Shown one piece after another: positions 1 through 10,584 of a stretch of DNA of 64,000 bases (the first letter of the stretch is position 1; every line of letters begins with the position of its first letter). The translations under genes and the position numbers were made by a program. The notes beneath the pieces were generated by a model. It did not search any database. It was not told where the DNA came from and saw only the letters and a list, made by a program, of their open reading frames with translations. The DNA is from Nitrososphaeraceae archaeon (lineage in GTDB: Archaea > Thermoproteota > Nitrososphaeria > Nitrososphaerales > Nitrososphaeraceae), in contig DATFEP010000066.1 in the NCBI GenBank assembly GCA_035250975.1, positions 12,117 through 76,116 on the forward strand, written 5' to 3'.

Positions 1-1944
1 CATCATCGTTACTTCATTTGTCGTTCCGTCGAGTACACGTCTTCCCAAAGTTCCGTTAATTTGATAAGACACAAACATTATCTTGTTATTTAAAGACGTT
101 GCTATTTCTTTGAAATATTCCACTGAAGGGCCACCTTCTAACATTCCAGAAGTAGCCAAAATTATCGCAGGATTCTGATCGTTGAGCACCTCATCCCGTT
201 TTCCATATCCATTCACTACAGTAAAATATTCTGATTGAAATGGATTAATTCCCTGTGCAACAGAACGTCTTACTTCTTGCCCCAAATAATGGGCATAAGA
301 CATATGTATTCCACTTGCCTCAGAGATCATCCCTTCTATATAAATTGGAGATTCTACTAATCTTCCCTCTCTCATTTCCTTGTCAATAACGAGCATAATT
401 TCTTGAGCTCTTCCAACAGCTGGTACTGGGATGAGCACTTTTCCACCAGTCGTCAAGGTTCTGTTTATACTTTCAGTAAAGTTATTGTATACAGTATACT
501 GTTCAGGCATAATATCTGTTGATCCTCCGTAGGTACTTTCTGTAATCAACGTCTCTACTCGTGGATAAGTAGTGATTGCACTATCTAAAAGCTGTGTCTT
601 AGCATACTTATAATCTCCAGAATATAATATATTATGTACTCCAGACACATTCATATGAACAGTAGCACTTCCCATTATATGTCCGGCATTATTCATAGTA
701 ATAGTGATGTCCGGAGAGATATCAGTCGGTTTTCCATATGGCAAAGGTATAGTATGTTTAATAACTTCGTTAATGTCCCTGGTTTCATATGGACAATAAA
801 CTCCATTATTTTGGGCAACTTTAACAGAATCCATTTGTAGAAGAGACATCAGGGGAAGTGTAGGTTCAGTGCAATATACCGGACCATTATAACCGTATTT
901 AAATAAAGTAGGCAGAAATCCCTGATGGTCTATATGAGCATGACTAATTACTACAGCATCTAAATCATCTAGTCTAAAATTAAACCAGTCAATCCTAGGA
1001 TAAGCATCGATACTATTATTTTCTCCAGGATTAATTCCGCAGTCCAGCATAATCTTACTTTCAGAAGTGACTACTATAAAACAGGACCTTCCCACTTGCT
1101 TAACTCCACCTAAACAGAAAATTAATACTTCCTTAGAATTATTCCACGATTTTATTGGTTTTCCTAGTGCTTTACTAGAAGATTTCGTCCTATTATTATC
1201 AGAAATACTATTGCTATAATTACCATTCTCCTCTACTTTTTTAATTAAAGGTTCACGAAAAATTCGTTTTCCAAGATCTCTAAGAAAATTGGACCTTTCT
1301 TTAGAAGAACTTTTTAGAATTGTATTAATATTAGTAATGCTTTGTGATGAAATATGAGATGATCTTCTTAAATGCGCTATCCAGCCAGTAGAATGTGCGA
1401 TATTTATAAGTGTATCAGTATCAATTGCTTCAGGTTTGTTAACTTCAAGAATAACTTCTCCCGTTGCATCATCACAAAAAACTGCAGAAACGCTTACATT
1501 TTTAGTCAATATTTTAGAAATTATGTTTCTTGTCTCATCTTCACGTAAACGAATAGAGGGATCAGTCCTTAAGATGAATCGTTTTTTCAACGTTTTAGAT
1601 AGCGAAGAAAGATAAAAAGTTAATTCAGTTATAGAAAATTTGGGATTTTTTGTGTATAAGGCGATATTAGGTCCTTCAAATCTGGCCATGGTAATTTGTG
1701 ACTCTTTTGGTATTGAATTCAGTACTTTTTTAGTGATGCTTTCTTCATCTTTACTTGATATTGTAGTATTCTGATTGGAGTTTCCTTTTTCAGAGTGATG
1801 GTCGATGAACAGATTCGATTGAGTTAAGTTGGGATCATATTTTTCGATATTAGATAAAGTAATACTGTTATCATTTGGTGGCGGAACTGGAGTTAATAAC
1901 TCATCATTAACACTAATTTTACTATTATTTCGTTTTTTATTCAA
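1..1944 (-). CDS. aCPSF1/FttA-family KH-domain beta-CASP ribonuclease (3' end runs off the window)
   Basis: Not in the ORF track; translated by hand from TTG at 1944. Contains ITMARFEGPNIALYTKNP (KH region), LGGVKQVGRSC, DAVVISHAHIDH (MBL motif), GHIMGS, YSGDYK, ITESTYG and GKVLIPVPAVGRAQE. Confidence 0.92.
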   Translation of the reverse strand, partial: MNKKRNNSKISVNDELLTPVPPPNDNSITLSNIEKYDPNLTQSNLFIDHHSEKGNSNQNTTISSKDEESITKKVLNSIPKESQITMARFEGPNIALYTKNPKFSITELTFYLSSLSKTLKKRFILRTDPSIRLREDETRNIISKILTKNVSVSAVFCDDATGEVILEVNKPEAIDTDTLINIAHSTGWIAHLRRSSHISSQSITNINTILKSSSKERSNFLRDLGKRIFREPLIKKVEENGNYSNSISDNNRTKSSSKALGKPIKSWNNSKEVLIFCLGGVKQVGRSCFIVVTSESKIMLDCGINPGENNSIDAYPRIDWFNFRLDDLDAVVISHAHIDHQGFLPTLFKYGYNGPVYCTEPTLPLMSLLQMDSVKVAQNNGVYCPYETRDINEVIKHTIPLPYGKPTDISPDITITMNNAGHIMGSATVHMNVSGVHNILYSGDYKYAKTQLLDSAITTYPRVETLITESTYGGSTDIMPEQYTVYNNFTESINRTLTTGGKVLIPVPAVGRAQEIMLVIDKEMREGRLVESPIYIEGMISEASGIHMSYAHYLGQEVRRSVAQGINPFQSEYFTVVNGYGKRDEVLNDQNPAIILATSGMLEGGPSVEYFKEIATSLNNKIMFVSYQINGTLGRRVLDGTTNEVTMM

Positions 1945-2153
1945 ATTTTATCGTCCATTTTTTTATAATTCAATCATTGTCTATTTAATGAAGTTTACAA
2001 ATATAACCAATAGACATAAATTGATATAATGATCTAATATTTATTGAATCCATTAATATAGTTTTAGTTAATTAATCAAAAATCCTTGTAAATTCAGTAT
2101 ACTTGACTTTGTTATTTCACTTCAATAAAATAATATGAAATGTGAAAATTAAA

Positions 2154-3380
2154 TTACCACAGAATCCATGGTAGTACAAATGCCATTACAACTATTACTA
2201 ACATTATAAGTGTTAGAATAGTCGAAGGACTAAGTCTAGTATTCTTAGTTTTGATCTTTTTTTCAAGTAACGATCCATACCATTGACCTCCATCTAACAT
2301 AGCAATTGGTAGCGCATTGAAAATTCCAACATTAAAGTTGATAAACCAGTTCCAGAACAAAAAGTTAGATATGATAGGAAAGAAATCTCCAAAAAGACTC
2401 GAAGTATAATAGGGTGCCATTAGGTCAGAAAATGGGACTATACCTTGTTGAATGGTGGGAGGCATAAGTATAGCCAAGGGAGAAGACGTAAATGCGTTCT
2501 TATAAATATCTAATACTAAAACCGGGTCTGGATTTAAATTCGTTAAGGAAACACCCAATATAACGTTATTTGCAGGGGGAACATCAGGAAGTTTTACGGA
2601 ACTAAAACGATTTTGATTGTCGCTCGAAGTCCACTTGATCTCAATGTAAGAACCTAAATTGTCCTTCAAAATCTCGCGGAATTTTGAAACGTCATTCATA
2701 GGTTCTCCGTTAATTGATCGCAAAACTGAATCCTTTTCTAGTCCTATTGATTGAGCTAATGACTTATCATTAACACCCAGAATTTTTAAGCCTATGTCAG
2801 TCGGCTGAGAATTAGGAACAGGTGTAAGCGTTGAAACTACAAAAAATAATAACACAAGCGAGATCCCTGCCATAATCATATTATTTAAAGGTCCCGCAGT
2901 AAGAATTGCACTCTTTTGTTTGAAAGTTGTTTTATTCAATTCATCTTGCTGAATATTTACAAATGCACCAATAGGAATACCAAGAAATAGCACTATCCCA
3001 GTAGACTCAACTTTTGTATTATAGACACGTGCAACTATTCCATGACCTGCTTCATGTATTACAATAGTAACTATCAAAGCTGCCCATCCATAGGTCCAAG
3101 GAAGTATAGGGTTTAGTCCAGGAATCAAAATATTGCTTTGGGGCCCGAGATCTCTGACACCAGCTCTCGCTGAATCATTAGAAAAAAGAACAATAATAGA
3201 ACTCAATATCAAAAAAATTGCCAGTGCTGTAATCAGAGGCATTAGATAAGTATTAAAATCTGCATAAATTTTTCCAATCTTTGTTTTTGCTATTTTATCA
3301 AAAAATTCTAAACCAAATGGAGTATGAATAAGTATTAAAGGTAACTTGAGCTCAGTTTTAATGCCAATATTTTTTTGCAA
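2154..3380 (-). CDS. Site-2 protease (M50 intramembrane zinc metalloprotease) with PDZ domain
   Basis: HEAGH zinc motif, AGPLNN, FNALPIAMLDGG, multiple TM segments, PDZ-like insert. Confidence 0.92.
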   Translation of the reverse strand: MQKNIGIKTELKLPLILIHTPFGLEFFDKIAKTKIGKIYADFNTYLMPLITALAIFLILSSIIVLFSNDSARAGVRDLGPQSNILIPGLNPILPWTYGWAALIVTIVIHEAGHGIVARVYNTKVESTGIVLFLGIPIGAFVNIQQDELNKTTFKQKSAILTAGPLNNMIMAGISLVLLFFVVSTLTPVPNSQPTDIGLKILGVNDKSLAQSIGLEKDSVLRSINGEPMNDVSKFREILKDNLGSYIEIKWTSSDNQNRFSSVKLPDVPPANNVILGVSLTNLNPDPVLVLDIYKNAFTSSPLAILMPPTIQQGIVPFSDLMAPYYTSSLFGDFFPIISNFLFWNWFINFNVGIFNALPIAMLDGGQWYGSLLEKKIKTKNTRLSPSTILTLIMLVIVVMAFVLPWILW

Positions 3381-3480
3381 ATGTGATTGTTTGATCTAAA
3401 TCCTATTTAAATCAATCACAGAGCTACGATAGATATATTTTAATATGAACATTTCATCATTTTTTCCTAATTGATTTTCT

Positions 3481-4134
3481 TTGATAGCTAATATCCTAAA
3501 AAGGTCATTTTTTGAAAGAGATACTTCCATAGTTGCCAAAGAACTCGTAGGAAAATGTCTTGTCAGAAAATTGCAAAGAGAAAAAAAGATTTTGAAATTA
3601 TCTGGAATAATAGTTGAAACAGAAGCTTACGGATATATTGATGACGAGGCTAGCCATGCTTTCATTGGTTTAACTAAGAGAAACAGTGTAATGTTTGGAA
3701 GGGGAGGATTTGTTTATATTTATTTTACTTATGGAAACCATTATTGTTTTAACATCTCGGCACATGCCCCTGCAATGAGCGCGGGAGCAATTCTCATCAG
3801 AGCTATTGAACCTGTCAATGGGATTGAGCAAATGAAGAAATTTAGAAATAAGAATGATTTGTTAAATTTGGCTTCTGGTCCAGGAAAATTAACTCAAGCA
3901 TTTTCTATTAACATAAAACACAATGGGTATGACGTAACTAATTATAATAGTAATATTTACTTCCAAGAAAATCAGAGTCAAACAAGCATTGTAATTTGTA
4001 CCAAAAGAATAGGCATACGAAAGGACATTGAAAGATATTGGCGATTTTTATTAGCCGAGAAGGAAGGAAAGAGTATTTATATAAATAAATACGTTTCAAA
4101 GAAAAAAGAAAATCAAGATTATAAAATCTGCTAA
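3481..4134 (+). CDS. mpg: 3-methyladenine DNA glycosylase (MPG/AAG family)
   Basis: IVETEAY, YIYFTYGNHYCFNI, GAILIRAIEP, GPGKLTQA, RIGI motifs. Confidence 0.93.
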   Translation: MIANILKRSFFERDTSIVAKELVGKCLVRKLQREKKILKLSGIIVETEAYGYIDDEASHAFIGLTKRNSVMFGRGGFVYIYFTYGNHYCFNISAHAPAMSAGAILIRAIEPVNGIEQMKKFRNKNDLLNLASGPGKLTQAFSINIKHNGYDVTNYNSNIYFQENQSQTSIVICTKRIGIRKDIERYWRFLLAEKEGKSIYINKYVSKKKENQDYKIC

Positions 4135-4146
4135 TTTTAGTACTTC

Positions 4147-5361
4147 TTAAAGAGGGCTTTGATCCGAGGAGATTAAATATTTTCTTCCTCGCCAACTCAC
4201 CAATCCGTTCCTGTTTGATTTACTTATCCCCTTAATAAATCCGGAAACAATAATTAAAGCACCTAAGGGGGCACCTAGAGAATAAATTTTGTCCAAAAAA
4301 AGAGTTTTCTTTGTATGTATGATGTTTGTGAATGTGATTAGAGAAGCGACAACAAAAGAAATCATAGAAACAACTAAATTTAAATTGTCAAAAGTTAACA
4401 AATAAGAGATAAGGAAAAATGGGAAGAAAATAAACGGCGATAATAACAGAAAAAACAGAGAGATGGTTAACATTAATACTTTTACCTTATTTGCCTTAAA
4501 TAAGGGTACAACTAATCTGTCTATCGCATCTATTAATTCCTGAGAATTGCGCGCCCATACTGCATTAACAAAATTTTCACCTCTAATCATCATCATTTTA
4601 TAATTTCGTTCCTTCACTTTTTTGCCAAGGGCACCATCCTCGATTATCTCATGTTTTACGGACTGGTGCGATCCTATTTTTTGATACGTGTCTCTTGTTA
4701 TTATGAAAAAACTTCCAAAAAAATATCCTAATTTTGAATATGGGTCATTTACCTTTAATGGTGAATATCTAGTATGCATAAAAGTAATAAGTATTGGTAA
4801 TGTAATTTTGGTAAAGAAATCATTACATAATAACTTTGGCATCAATGTTAGTGCTTGTAAATCATTAGCGATCATATTTTCCACAGCTATTTTCAATGTA
4901 TTTTCAGAATGGTACGAATCAGCGTCCGTAAAAAGTAACAAAGTCCCACTTGATTTTATATACCCATTGAAACATGCCCAGTTTTTTCCGATCCATCCTT
5001 CAGGTCGTGGAGGGTTAGTGCATATAATAACATTAGGATTATGTTCCACATAGTAATTCATAATATTTAATGTATCATCATATGAGTCATCATTAACTAT
5101 AATAATTTCATAATTTGAATATGTTTGTTTCAAAAGGCTATCAATACAAGAGCTTAGATATTTCTCTTCATTTCTTGCAGGCAATATAATACTTACTTTT
5201 GGATATTTATAAGATTTATTTCTATTATGATCAATATAATCTTCTAACTTTGGTGATTTGGATATTGAATGTAACATAAAAATAAGAAAATAAACCCAAG
5301 TAATCAATATACCACCCATTATAAATATCAAAATAAGCATAAGAATAAATAATTCATACAT
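4147..5361 (-). CDS. Glycosyltransferase family 2, membrane-bound
   Basis: VSIILPARNEE, VNDDSYD, GWIGKNWAC, FTDAD, IIEDGALG; TM helices at both ends. Confidence 0.9.
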   Translation of the reverse strand: MYELFILMLILIFIMGGILITWVYFLIFMLHSISKSPKLEDYIDHNRNKSYKYPKVSIILPARNEEKYLSSCIDSLLKQTYSNYEIIIVNDDSYDDTLNIMNYYVEHNPNVIICTNPPRPEGWIGKNWACFNGYIKSSGTLLLFTDADSYHSENTLKIAVENMIANDLQALTLMPKLLCNDFFTKITLPILITFMHTRYSPLKVNDPYSKLGYFFGSFFIITRDTYQKIGSHQSVKHEIIEDGALGKKVKERNYKMMMIRGENFVNAVWARNSQELIDAIDRLVVPLFKANKVKVLMLTISLFFLLLSPFIFFPFFLISYLLTFDNLNLVVSMISFVVASLITFTNIIHTKKTLFLDKIYSLGAPLGALIIVSGFIKGISKSNRNGLVSWRGRKYLISSDQSPL

Positions 5362-5545
5362 CGCGATTGTTAATCTTTAAGTAGAGTGAACCAATAAAAA
5401 AATTTACTGAATTAATTATATATGTTCAAATGCCCTTTATTACAGAAATTATGGCAATCATAAAAATTCACAAATTATATACTAATTTTTGTTTATTTAT
5501 TAACTTTTTAAATAATTATCAGCTAAACTTAATATATCGAAGACA

Positions 5546-6229
5546 TTGTGGCTAAAGCAAATACCTATGCTAATAATATTTGATGTGGAAGGAGTTTTGC
5601 TTAATGCAGAATATCTTCCAGTTTTGGCTCAAGTATTTGGTCCGGAAAAAGAAAAAGAAATCTGGGATATAACTAAACAGGGCATAAGAGGAGATATTAA
5701 TTGGGAAGACGGTATAATAAAGAGAGTCCGCGCATTAAGAGGAATAAAATACGAAGATGCCAAGAAAATAGCTAAAAATTTGGAAATTATGCCTGGAGCG
5801 AAAGATCTCTGTTCTTCGTTAAAAAAAGCAGGGTGGAAAATGATTGCCGTCTCTGGGGGATTTAGCATAATTACAGATAGGTTAAAAAACGAATTAGGAC
5901 TGGATTTGATCTTCTCGAATGAGCTTATTTTTAAAGATGGAAAATTAGATGATATTGAACTTAGAGTAACTTCTGACAAGTCATTACTCGTAAGGCCGTT
6001 CATAAAACAATTTAATATTAAGAAGGAAGATATTGTTGTAGTAGTCGATGGGGCAAATGATTTAAAATTGTTCGACTTGGCCTCATATACTGTGGGTTTT
6101 TGTCCTGTAGACATGGTAAAAAAGAAGGCTGATGACGTAATAGAAATAAGAAATTTATCTTTACTTAAAGGCCTCTTAGAAAAAAGATTTGGCAGGTCAA
6201 TTCTAAATACGGTTCAGAAAGTTTCCTGA
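5546..6229 (+). CDS. serB: Phosphoserine phosphatase (HAD); true start probably ATG at 5567
   Basis: IIFDVEGVL, VSGGF, VDGANDL HAD motifs. Confidence 0.85.
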   Translation: MWLKQIPMLIIFDVEGVLLNAEYLPVLAQVFGPEKEKEIWDITKQGIRGDINWEDGIIKRVRALRGIKYEDAKKIAKNLEIMPGAKDLCSSLKKAGWKMIAVSGGFSIITDRLKNELGLDLIFSNELIFKDGKLDDIELRVTSDKSLLVRPFIKQFNIKKEDIVVVVDGANDLKLFDLASYTVGFCPVDMVKKKADDVIEIRNLSLLKGLLEKRFGRSILNTVQKVS

Positions 6230-6232
6230 AGA

Positions 6233-7009
6233 TTGCCAGTTAGCAAGTTAGAAATAATACCTATTTCAATTCTCTCGGAAATCAAGCCAAATGACAATCT
6301 TATAGACATTATTTTAAGTTCTCTGCATAAAAGTAATAGTATGCGCATAAAATTAAAAAATAAAGATATTCTGGTTATTGCTCAAAAAATAATATCGAAA
6401 CAGGAAGGAATGTTCGTGGAATTGGCACGTGTCATACCCTCCAAACAGGCACTTGAAATTAGAAAAAGTGTAAACAAAGATCCCAGGATAATAGAGCTTA
6501 TTTTACAAGAATCACGGAAGATAATAAAAATTTTTAATAAAACTATGATAGTTGAAACAAATCAAGGTTTCATTTGTGCCAATGCAGGAATAGATCAGAG
6601 TAACGTGAGTAAGAATAAAGATAGGGTTTTACTTTTACCAAGAAACCCAGATCAAACAGCAAGCCGAATCAGAAGAGAAATCAAGAGAAAAACTGGAAGG
6701 GAGATAGCTGTCATTATTTCAGATACATTTGGTAGACCCTTCAGGAACGGTCAAACTAATGTAGCAATAGGTGTATCTGGACTCAAACCTATCAAGAGTT
6801 ATATTGGTAAGAAGGATATGTACGGAAACGTCCTAAAAGTAACAGAAATTGCTATTGCTGATGAAATTGCTGGGGCTTCTGAACTAGTCATGGGAAAATG
6901 TAACAAAATTCCTGCTGTTATTATAAGAGGTTTTAATTTCACTATTACAAGAAAATCTAATATTAAGGATTTGAATAGAAGGGAGAAACTAGATATGTTT
7001 AGAAGATAA
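6233..7009 (+). CDS. cofE: Coenzyme F420-0:L-glutamate ligase
   Basis: AQKIISKQEG, ICANAGIDQSN, ISDTFGRPFRNG, ADEIAGA. Confidence 0.93.
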   Translation: MPVSKLEIIPISILSEIKPNDNLIDIILSSLHKSNSMRIKLKNKDILVIAQKIISKQEGMFVELARVIPSKQALEIRKSVNKDPRIIELILQESRKIIKIFNKTMIVETNQGFICANAGIDQSNVSKNKDRVLLLPRNPDQTASRIRREIKRKTGREIAVIISDTFGRPFRNGQTNVAIGVSGLKPIKSYIGKKDMYGNVLKVTEIAIADEIAGASELVMGKCNKIPAVIIRGFNFTITRKSNIKDLNRREKLDMFRR

Positions 7010-7222
7010 AAAATGAATTCCATCTATTCACAATTATCGCTTTTCTCATCAGAAAAATTTTCAGTCAAAAATGAATTCTAACAATGCTTCTTAAATATAT
7101 TAAATCTTTATTATTTGTATAAAATATCTTTAATATAGTATAACTATTCTTTTTAGTATTCCACTTCCTTAAAGTCATAAACATTTTATATTACATTCAG
7201 GTGTTTTATTTGTGATTACCAG

Positions 7223-7465
7223 TTGATTGATAATATGGAATTTAAAAAGATTATCGATGTAAGAGGTCTTTATTGTCCTGAACCAGTTTTTAGGACAAAG
7301 ATAGAAATGGAAAAAATGTCCATCGGAGAAAAATTGAAGGTCGTTGCTGATGATCCTCAATCTGAAGAAGACATTTCTCGATGGGTAAACAGAAATGGTC
7401 ATGAATTACTTTCTATTGATAAGAAAGAACAAGATCTAGAGTTTGTAATTAAGAAGGCTAAATAA
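7223..7465 (+). CDS. tusA: TusA-family sulfur carrier protein
   Basis: IDVRGLYCPEPV and VVADDP motifs. Confidence 0.9.
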   Translation: MIDNMEFKKIIDVRGLYCPEPVFRTKIEMEKMSIGEKLKVVADDPQSEEDISRWVNRNGHELLSIDKKEQDLEFVIKKAK

Positions 7466-7469
7466 CAAA

Positions 7470-8471
7470 ATGACTATATCTTCTACTACAGAAACGGAAA
7501 TAATTCAAAGAATAGGTAATACGCCTTTGATAGAGTTACCAAAGTTTTCAGTAAAACATGTAAGACTTTTTGCAAAATTAGAATGGTACAATCCTTTTGG
7601 TTCTGTAAAAGATAGAGCAGCTTATTGGATGATAAAGGATGCTGAAAAAAATGGAAAATTACGAAAAAACAAGAGCATCATAATAGAACCATCATCAGGA
7701 AATACTGGAATCGCTTTAACTGGAATCGCTTCCTCAATGGGATATAAGGTAGAAATTGTTATACCTGATAAAGTGAGTGATGAAACTAAAAAAATTTTAA
7801 GAAATTTAGGTGCAACAGTTCACGAAACATCTGATGATTTGTGCCCTAGAGTAGGAGCAGGAACTGATCAAAGTATTGCCTTAGCAAGAGCTATATCAAC
7901 TCCTAGACCTGACATTTACTATATGCCAAATCAATACGAGAATGATGCAAATTATCTTGCGCATTATGAAAGTACCGGACCTGAAATATGGAAGCAAACA
8001 AATGGATCCGTAACACATTTTTTGACTGGATGTGGTACTGGTGGAACTATTACTGGAACAGGAGTGTATTTAAAAGAGATGAATCCAAATATAAAAATCA
8101 TAGCTGTTCAAGCACAAAAGAATCATTTGTTACAGGGCTTGAGAAATTTTGAAGAATCAGCAATGCCTGAACTTTTCAAAAAACGAGAAACTGTGGTAAA
8201 TGAATGGTTTACTGCAACAAACGATGAATCTTTTAACATGGTAAAAGAATTAGCATATAAAGAAAAGCTTCTAGTTGGTCCATCTTCGGGATCCGTAATG
8301 GCTGCAATGATACAACAAAGAAACAAGACGGAAAAGGGAGTGATAGTAGGTATTTTTGCCGACGATGGAAGAAAGTTCAAAAGTTTGTATTTACAACAAA
8401 ATATATTCTCAGAAGAGGAATATGATAGAAACCTAAAATATGCAGGTTATCTGCCAGATCTATATTATTAA
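7470..8471 (+). CDS. PLP-dependent cysteine synthase family protein (CysK/CysM)
   Basis: IGNTPL, KLEWYNPFGSVKDR, SSGNTG, GCGTGGT, GPSSG. Confidence 0.9.
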   Translation: MTISSTTETEIIQRIGNTPLIELPKFSVKHVRLFAKLEWYNPFGSVKDRAAYWMIKDAEKNGKLRKNKSIIIEPSSGNTGIALTGIASSMGYKVEIVIPDKVSDETKKILRNLGATVHETSDDLCPRVGAGTDQSIALARAISTPRPDIYYMPNQYENDANYLAHYESTGPEIWKQTNGSVTHFLTGCGTGGTITGTGVYLKEMNPNIKIIAVQAQKNHLLQGLRNFEESAMPELFKKRETVVNEWFTATNDESFNMVKELAYKEKLLVGPSSGSVMAAMIQQRNKTEKGVIVGIFADDGRKFKSLYLQQNIFSEEEYDRNLKYAGYLPDLYY

Positions 8472-8563
8472 TCATTATTTAATCGTAATTTCCTCAAATT
8501 CATCATATATCATCGTACCAAATCGTTGTCCCATTATAAAATACGTATTACTTTTTTTTTCAT

Positions 8564-9550
8564 TTACTTTTTTTCATTTAACCATTTTTCGACATCCAAA
8601 GCAGCCATGCACCCGTACCCTGCTGCAGTAACTGCCTGTCTATAACGATAATCATGGACATCTCCGGCAGCAAAGACACCGTCGACACTAGTTTTCGTAT
8701 TTTCTTTCAACTTTATATATCCATGGTCATCCATGTCAATCTGACCTCTAAAAATTTTGGTGTTGGGTTCATGACCAATAGCAATGAACAAGCCACCAAT
8801 ATCTAGTTCAGTTTCTTTAGACGTATTCAAATCTTGTATCAGTACTTTCGATATTTTTTTTTCTCCTGTGATTGTTTTAACAGTACTATTCCAAATGAAA
8901 TCAATTTTAGGATTTTCAAATGCCTTTTCCTGAAGGATCTTACTTGCGCGAAGACTGTCTCTCCTATGAATGACTTTGACGGATTTACCGAATTTAGTCA
9001 AAAATGTCGCCTCCTCCAATGCCGTATCTCCTCCTCCCGCGACAACTATATCCTCTCCTTTAAAAAATGGTCCATCACAGGTAGCACAATATGATATTCC
9101 TCTGCCTGCAAATTTTTCTTCACCATCTACACCTAGTTTTCTTGGCGTTGCGCCAGTACAAATAAGAACAGATTTAGAAAGATATTCATTTGAATGTGTT
9201 TGGACTAAAAACGGTCTGTCTTGGAAATTGACTTCAATGACTTCATCGTCAATGATATTACATCCAAACCTTTCAGCCTGTTGCCTCATATTCATCATCA
9301 ATTCGGGACCAAAGATTCCATTTGGAAAACCAGGGTAATTTTCAACTTCGCTAGTAGTCATTAGTTGACCTCCTGGAAGCGAGCCTGTAATAATCAAAGT
9401 ATTAAGTTTAGCTCTGGATGTATAGGTACTTGCAGTATATCCTGCTGGGCCAGATCCTATAATAATGACATCAAAGTAGTTTGGATTATCGCCAGAATGA
9501 GAATCTTTGAAAGTGGTATTATTGGTATCATCATCTTCGTCTTTTTGCAT
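8564..9550 (-). CDS. trxB: Thioredoxin reductase
   Basis: GSGPAG, CATCDG, GGGDTA, HRRD, FAAGDV, YRQAVTAAG. Confidence 0.96.
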   Translation of the reverse strand: MQKDEDDDTNNTTFKDSHSGDNPNYFDVIIIGSGPAGYTASTYTSRAKLNTLIITGSLPGGQLMTTSEVENYPGFPNGIFGPELMMNMRQQAERFGCNIIDDEVIEVNFQDRPFLVQTHSNEYLSKSVLICTGATPRKLGVDGEEKFAGRGISYCATCDGPFFKGEDIVVAGGGDTALEEATFLTKFGKSVKVIHRRDSLRASKILQEKAFENPKIDFIWNSTVKTITGEKKISKVLIQDLNTSKETELDIGGLFIAIGHEPNTKIFRGQIDMDDHGYIKLKENTKTSVDGVFAAGDVHDYRYRQAVTAAGYGCMAALDVEKWLNEKK

Positions 9551-9688
9551 TATTATTATTAAGAAAATAGACTGATTAATAATTTGTTCGTGTAGAATAA
9601 AAAAATACGCTAAATTCGATTAGAAATAAAAATATTTTTAGAAATTGAAAAAAATTTGATAAAATCTCCTTAAATCGATTATTTTTAT

Positions 9689-10534
9689 CTAGATGTTATA
9701 ATCTCTTAAGATATATGTGTGTTTTTTACAAAGAGTTTTACTTTTACTCAATCTCATTAGATCTTCTTGCCAATGAGAATTGAAAAGTCTACAATTAGTA
9801 TCTTCACAAAATGCCTCACCTTCTTTGAAAAAATATAGGGATTGTATCACTAGACTTTCGATTATTTCATTTATCATCCAATCGTTATATTTGATAAATC
9901 TTCCTTTATATTGCTCGTCAAGTTTTTTAGCTATTTCAGGATCTTGAGAAAATTGTACCAACTTTAAGTAGTAGTCCTTGGGTTTGGCTGGTCCTTCTAA
10001 TATTCCTGATGTGGATATAATTGTTGGATTTCCTAATATAATATACCTCGCATGATATCTCCAGTCTGTTTCTTCAAAAGTACATATCAACTTATCAGTT
10101 ATAACGATAAACAAATTTGAAAGATCCAACTCCAAGCTTTTATTATTGAGAATTTCTTGATAGATTTTTTGTAAAATAAAACCATCATACATAATTGGTT
10201 CTTTGCTATCATTTTGAAAATATTCCTTGTCAATTTCAATACTATCGGGATGACAAATCCCTGGATCTTTTGTATGGTGACTCGTTTCTATTATGTTGTT
10301 ATCGACATTTAATATATTGTATATATTCAATTCATTTTTCACATCTTGAATAATCGATTGGTTTTCAATATTGTTTATTTCATCTGGTATTAAAAAAAAA
10401 TCATCTTTAAAATTTAGTTTTTCAAAGGATATACTTGAAAATATTTTCTTTAAGGAAAGTAGAATTTCATCAATATTTATCTTTGTCCACTTCGATTCGT
10501 TATGAAGGAAAATATGAGTATAGAAATCATTCAT
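9689..10534 (-). CDS. Conserved archaeal protein, putative metallopeptidase (DUF6775-like)
   Basis: YDGF, DWRYHAR, STSGILEGPAKP, FCEDTNCRLFNSHWQ, LCKKH. Confidence 0.7.
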   Translation of the reverse strand: MNDFYTHIFLHNESKWTKINIDEILLSLKKIFSSISFEKLNFKDDFFLIPDEINNIENQSIIQDVKNELNIYNILNVDNNIIETSHHTKDPGICHPDSIEIDKEYFQNDSKEPIMYDGFILQKIYQEILNNKSLELDLSNLFIVITDKLICTFEETDWRYHARYIILGNPTIISTSGILEGPAKPKDYYLKLVQFSQDPEIAKKLDEQYKGRFIKYNDWMINEIIESLVIQSLYFFKEGEAFCEDTNCRLFNSHWQEDLMRLSKSKTLCKKHTYILRDYNI

Positions 10535-10584
10535 TCCTTATAGTAACTTAAAAAAAAGTAATAAAAAATGGTTCTCTTACAGAC

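Noticed and set aside
634-2029. Plus-strand ORFs 634-840 and 1829-2029
   Set aside because: Antisense shadows of the aCPSF1-like gene.
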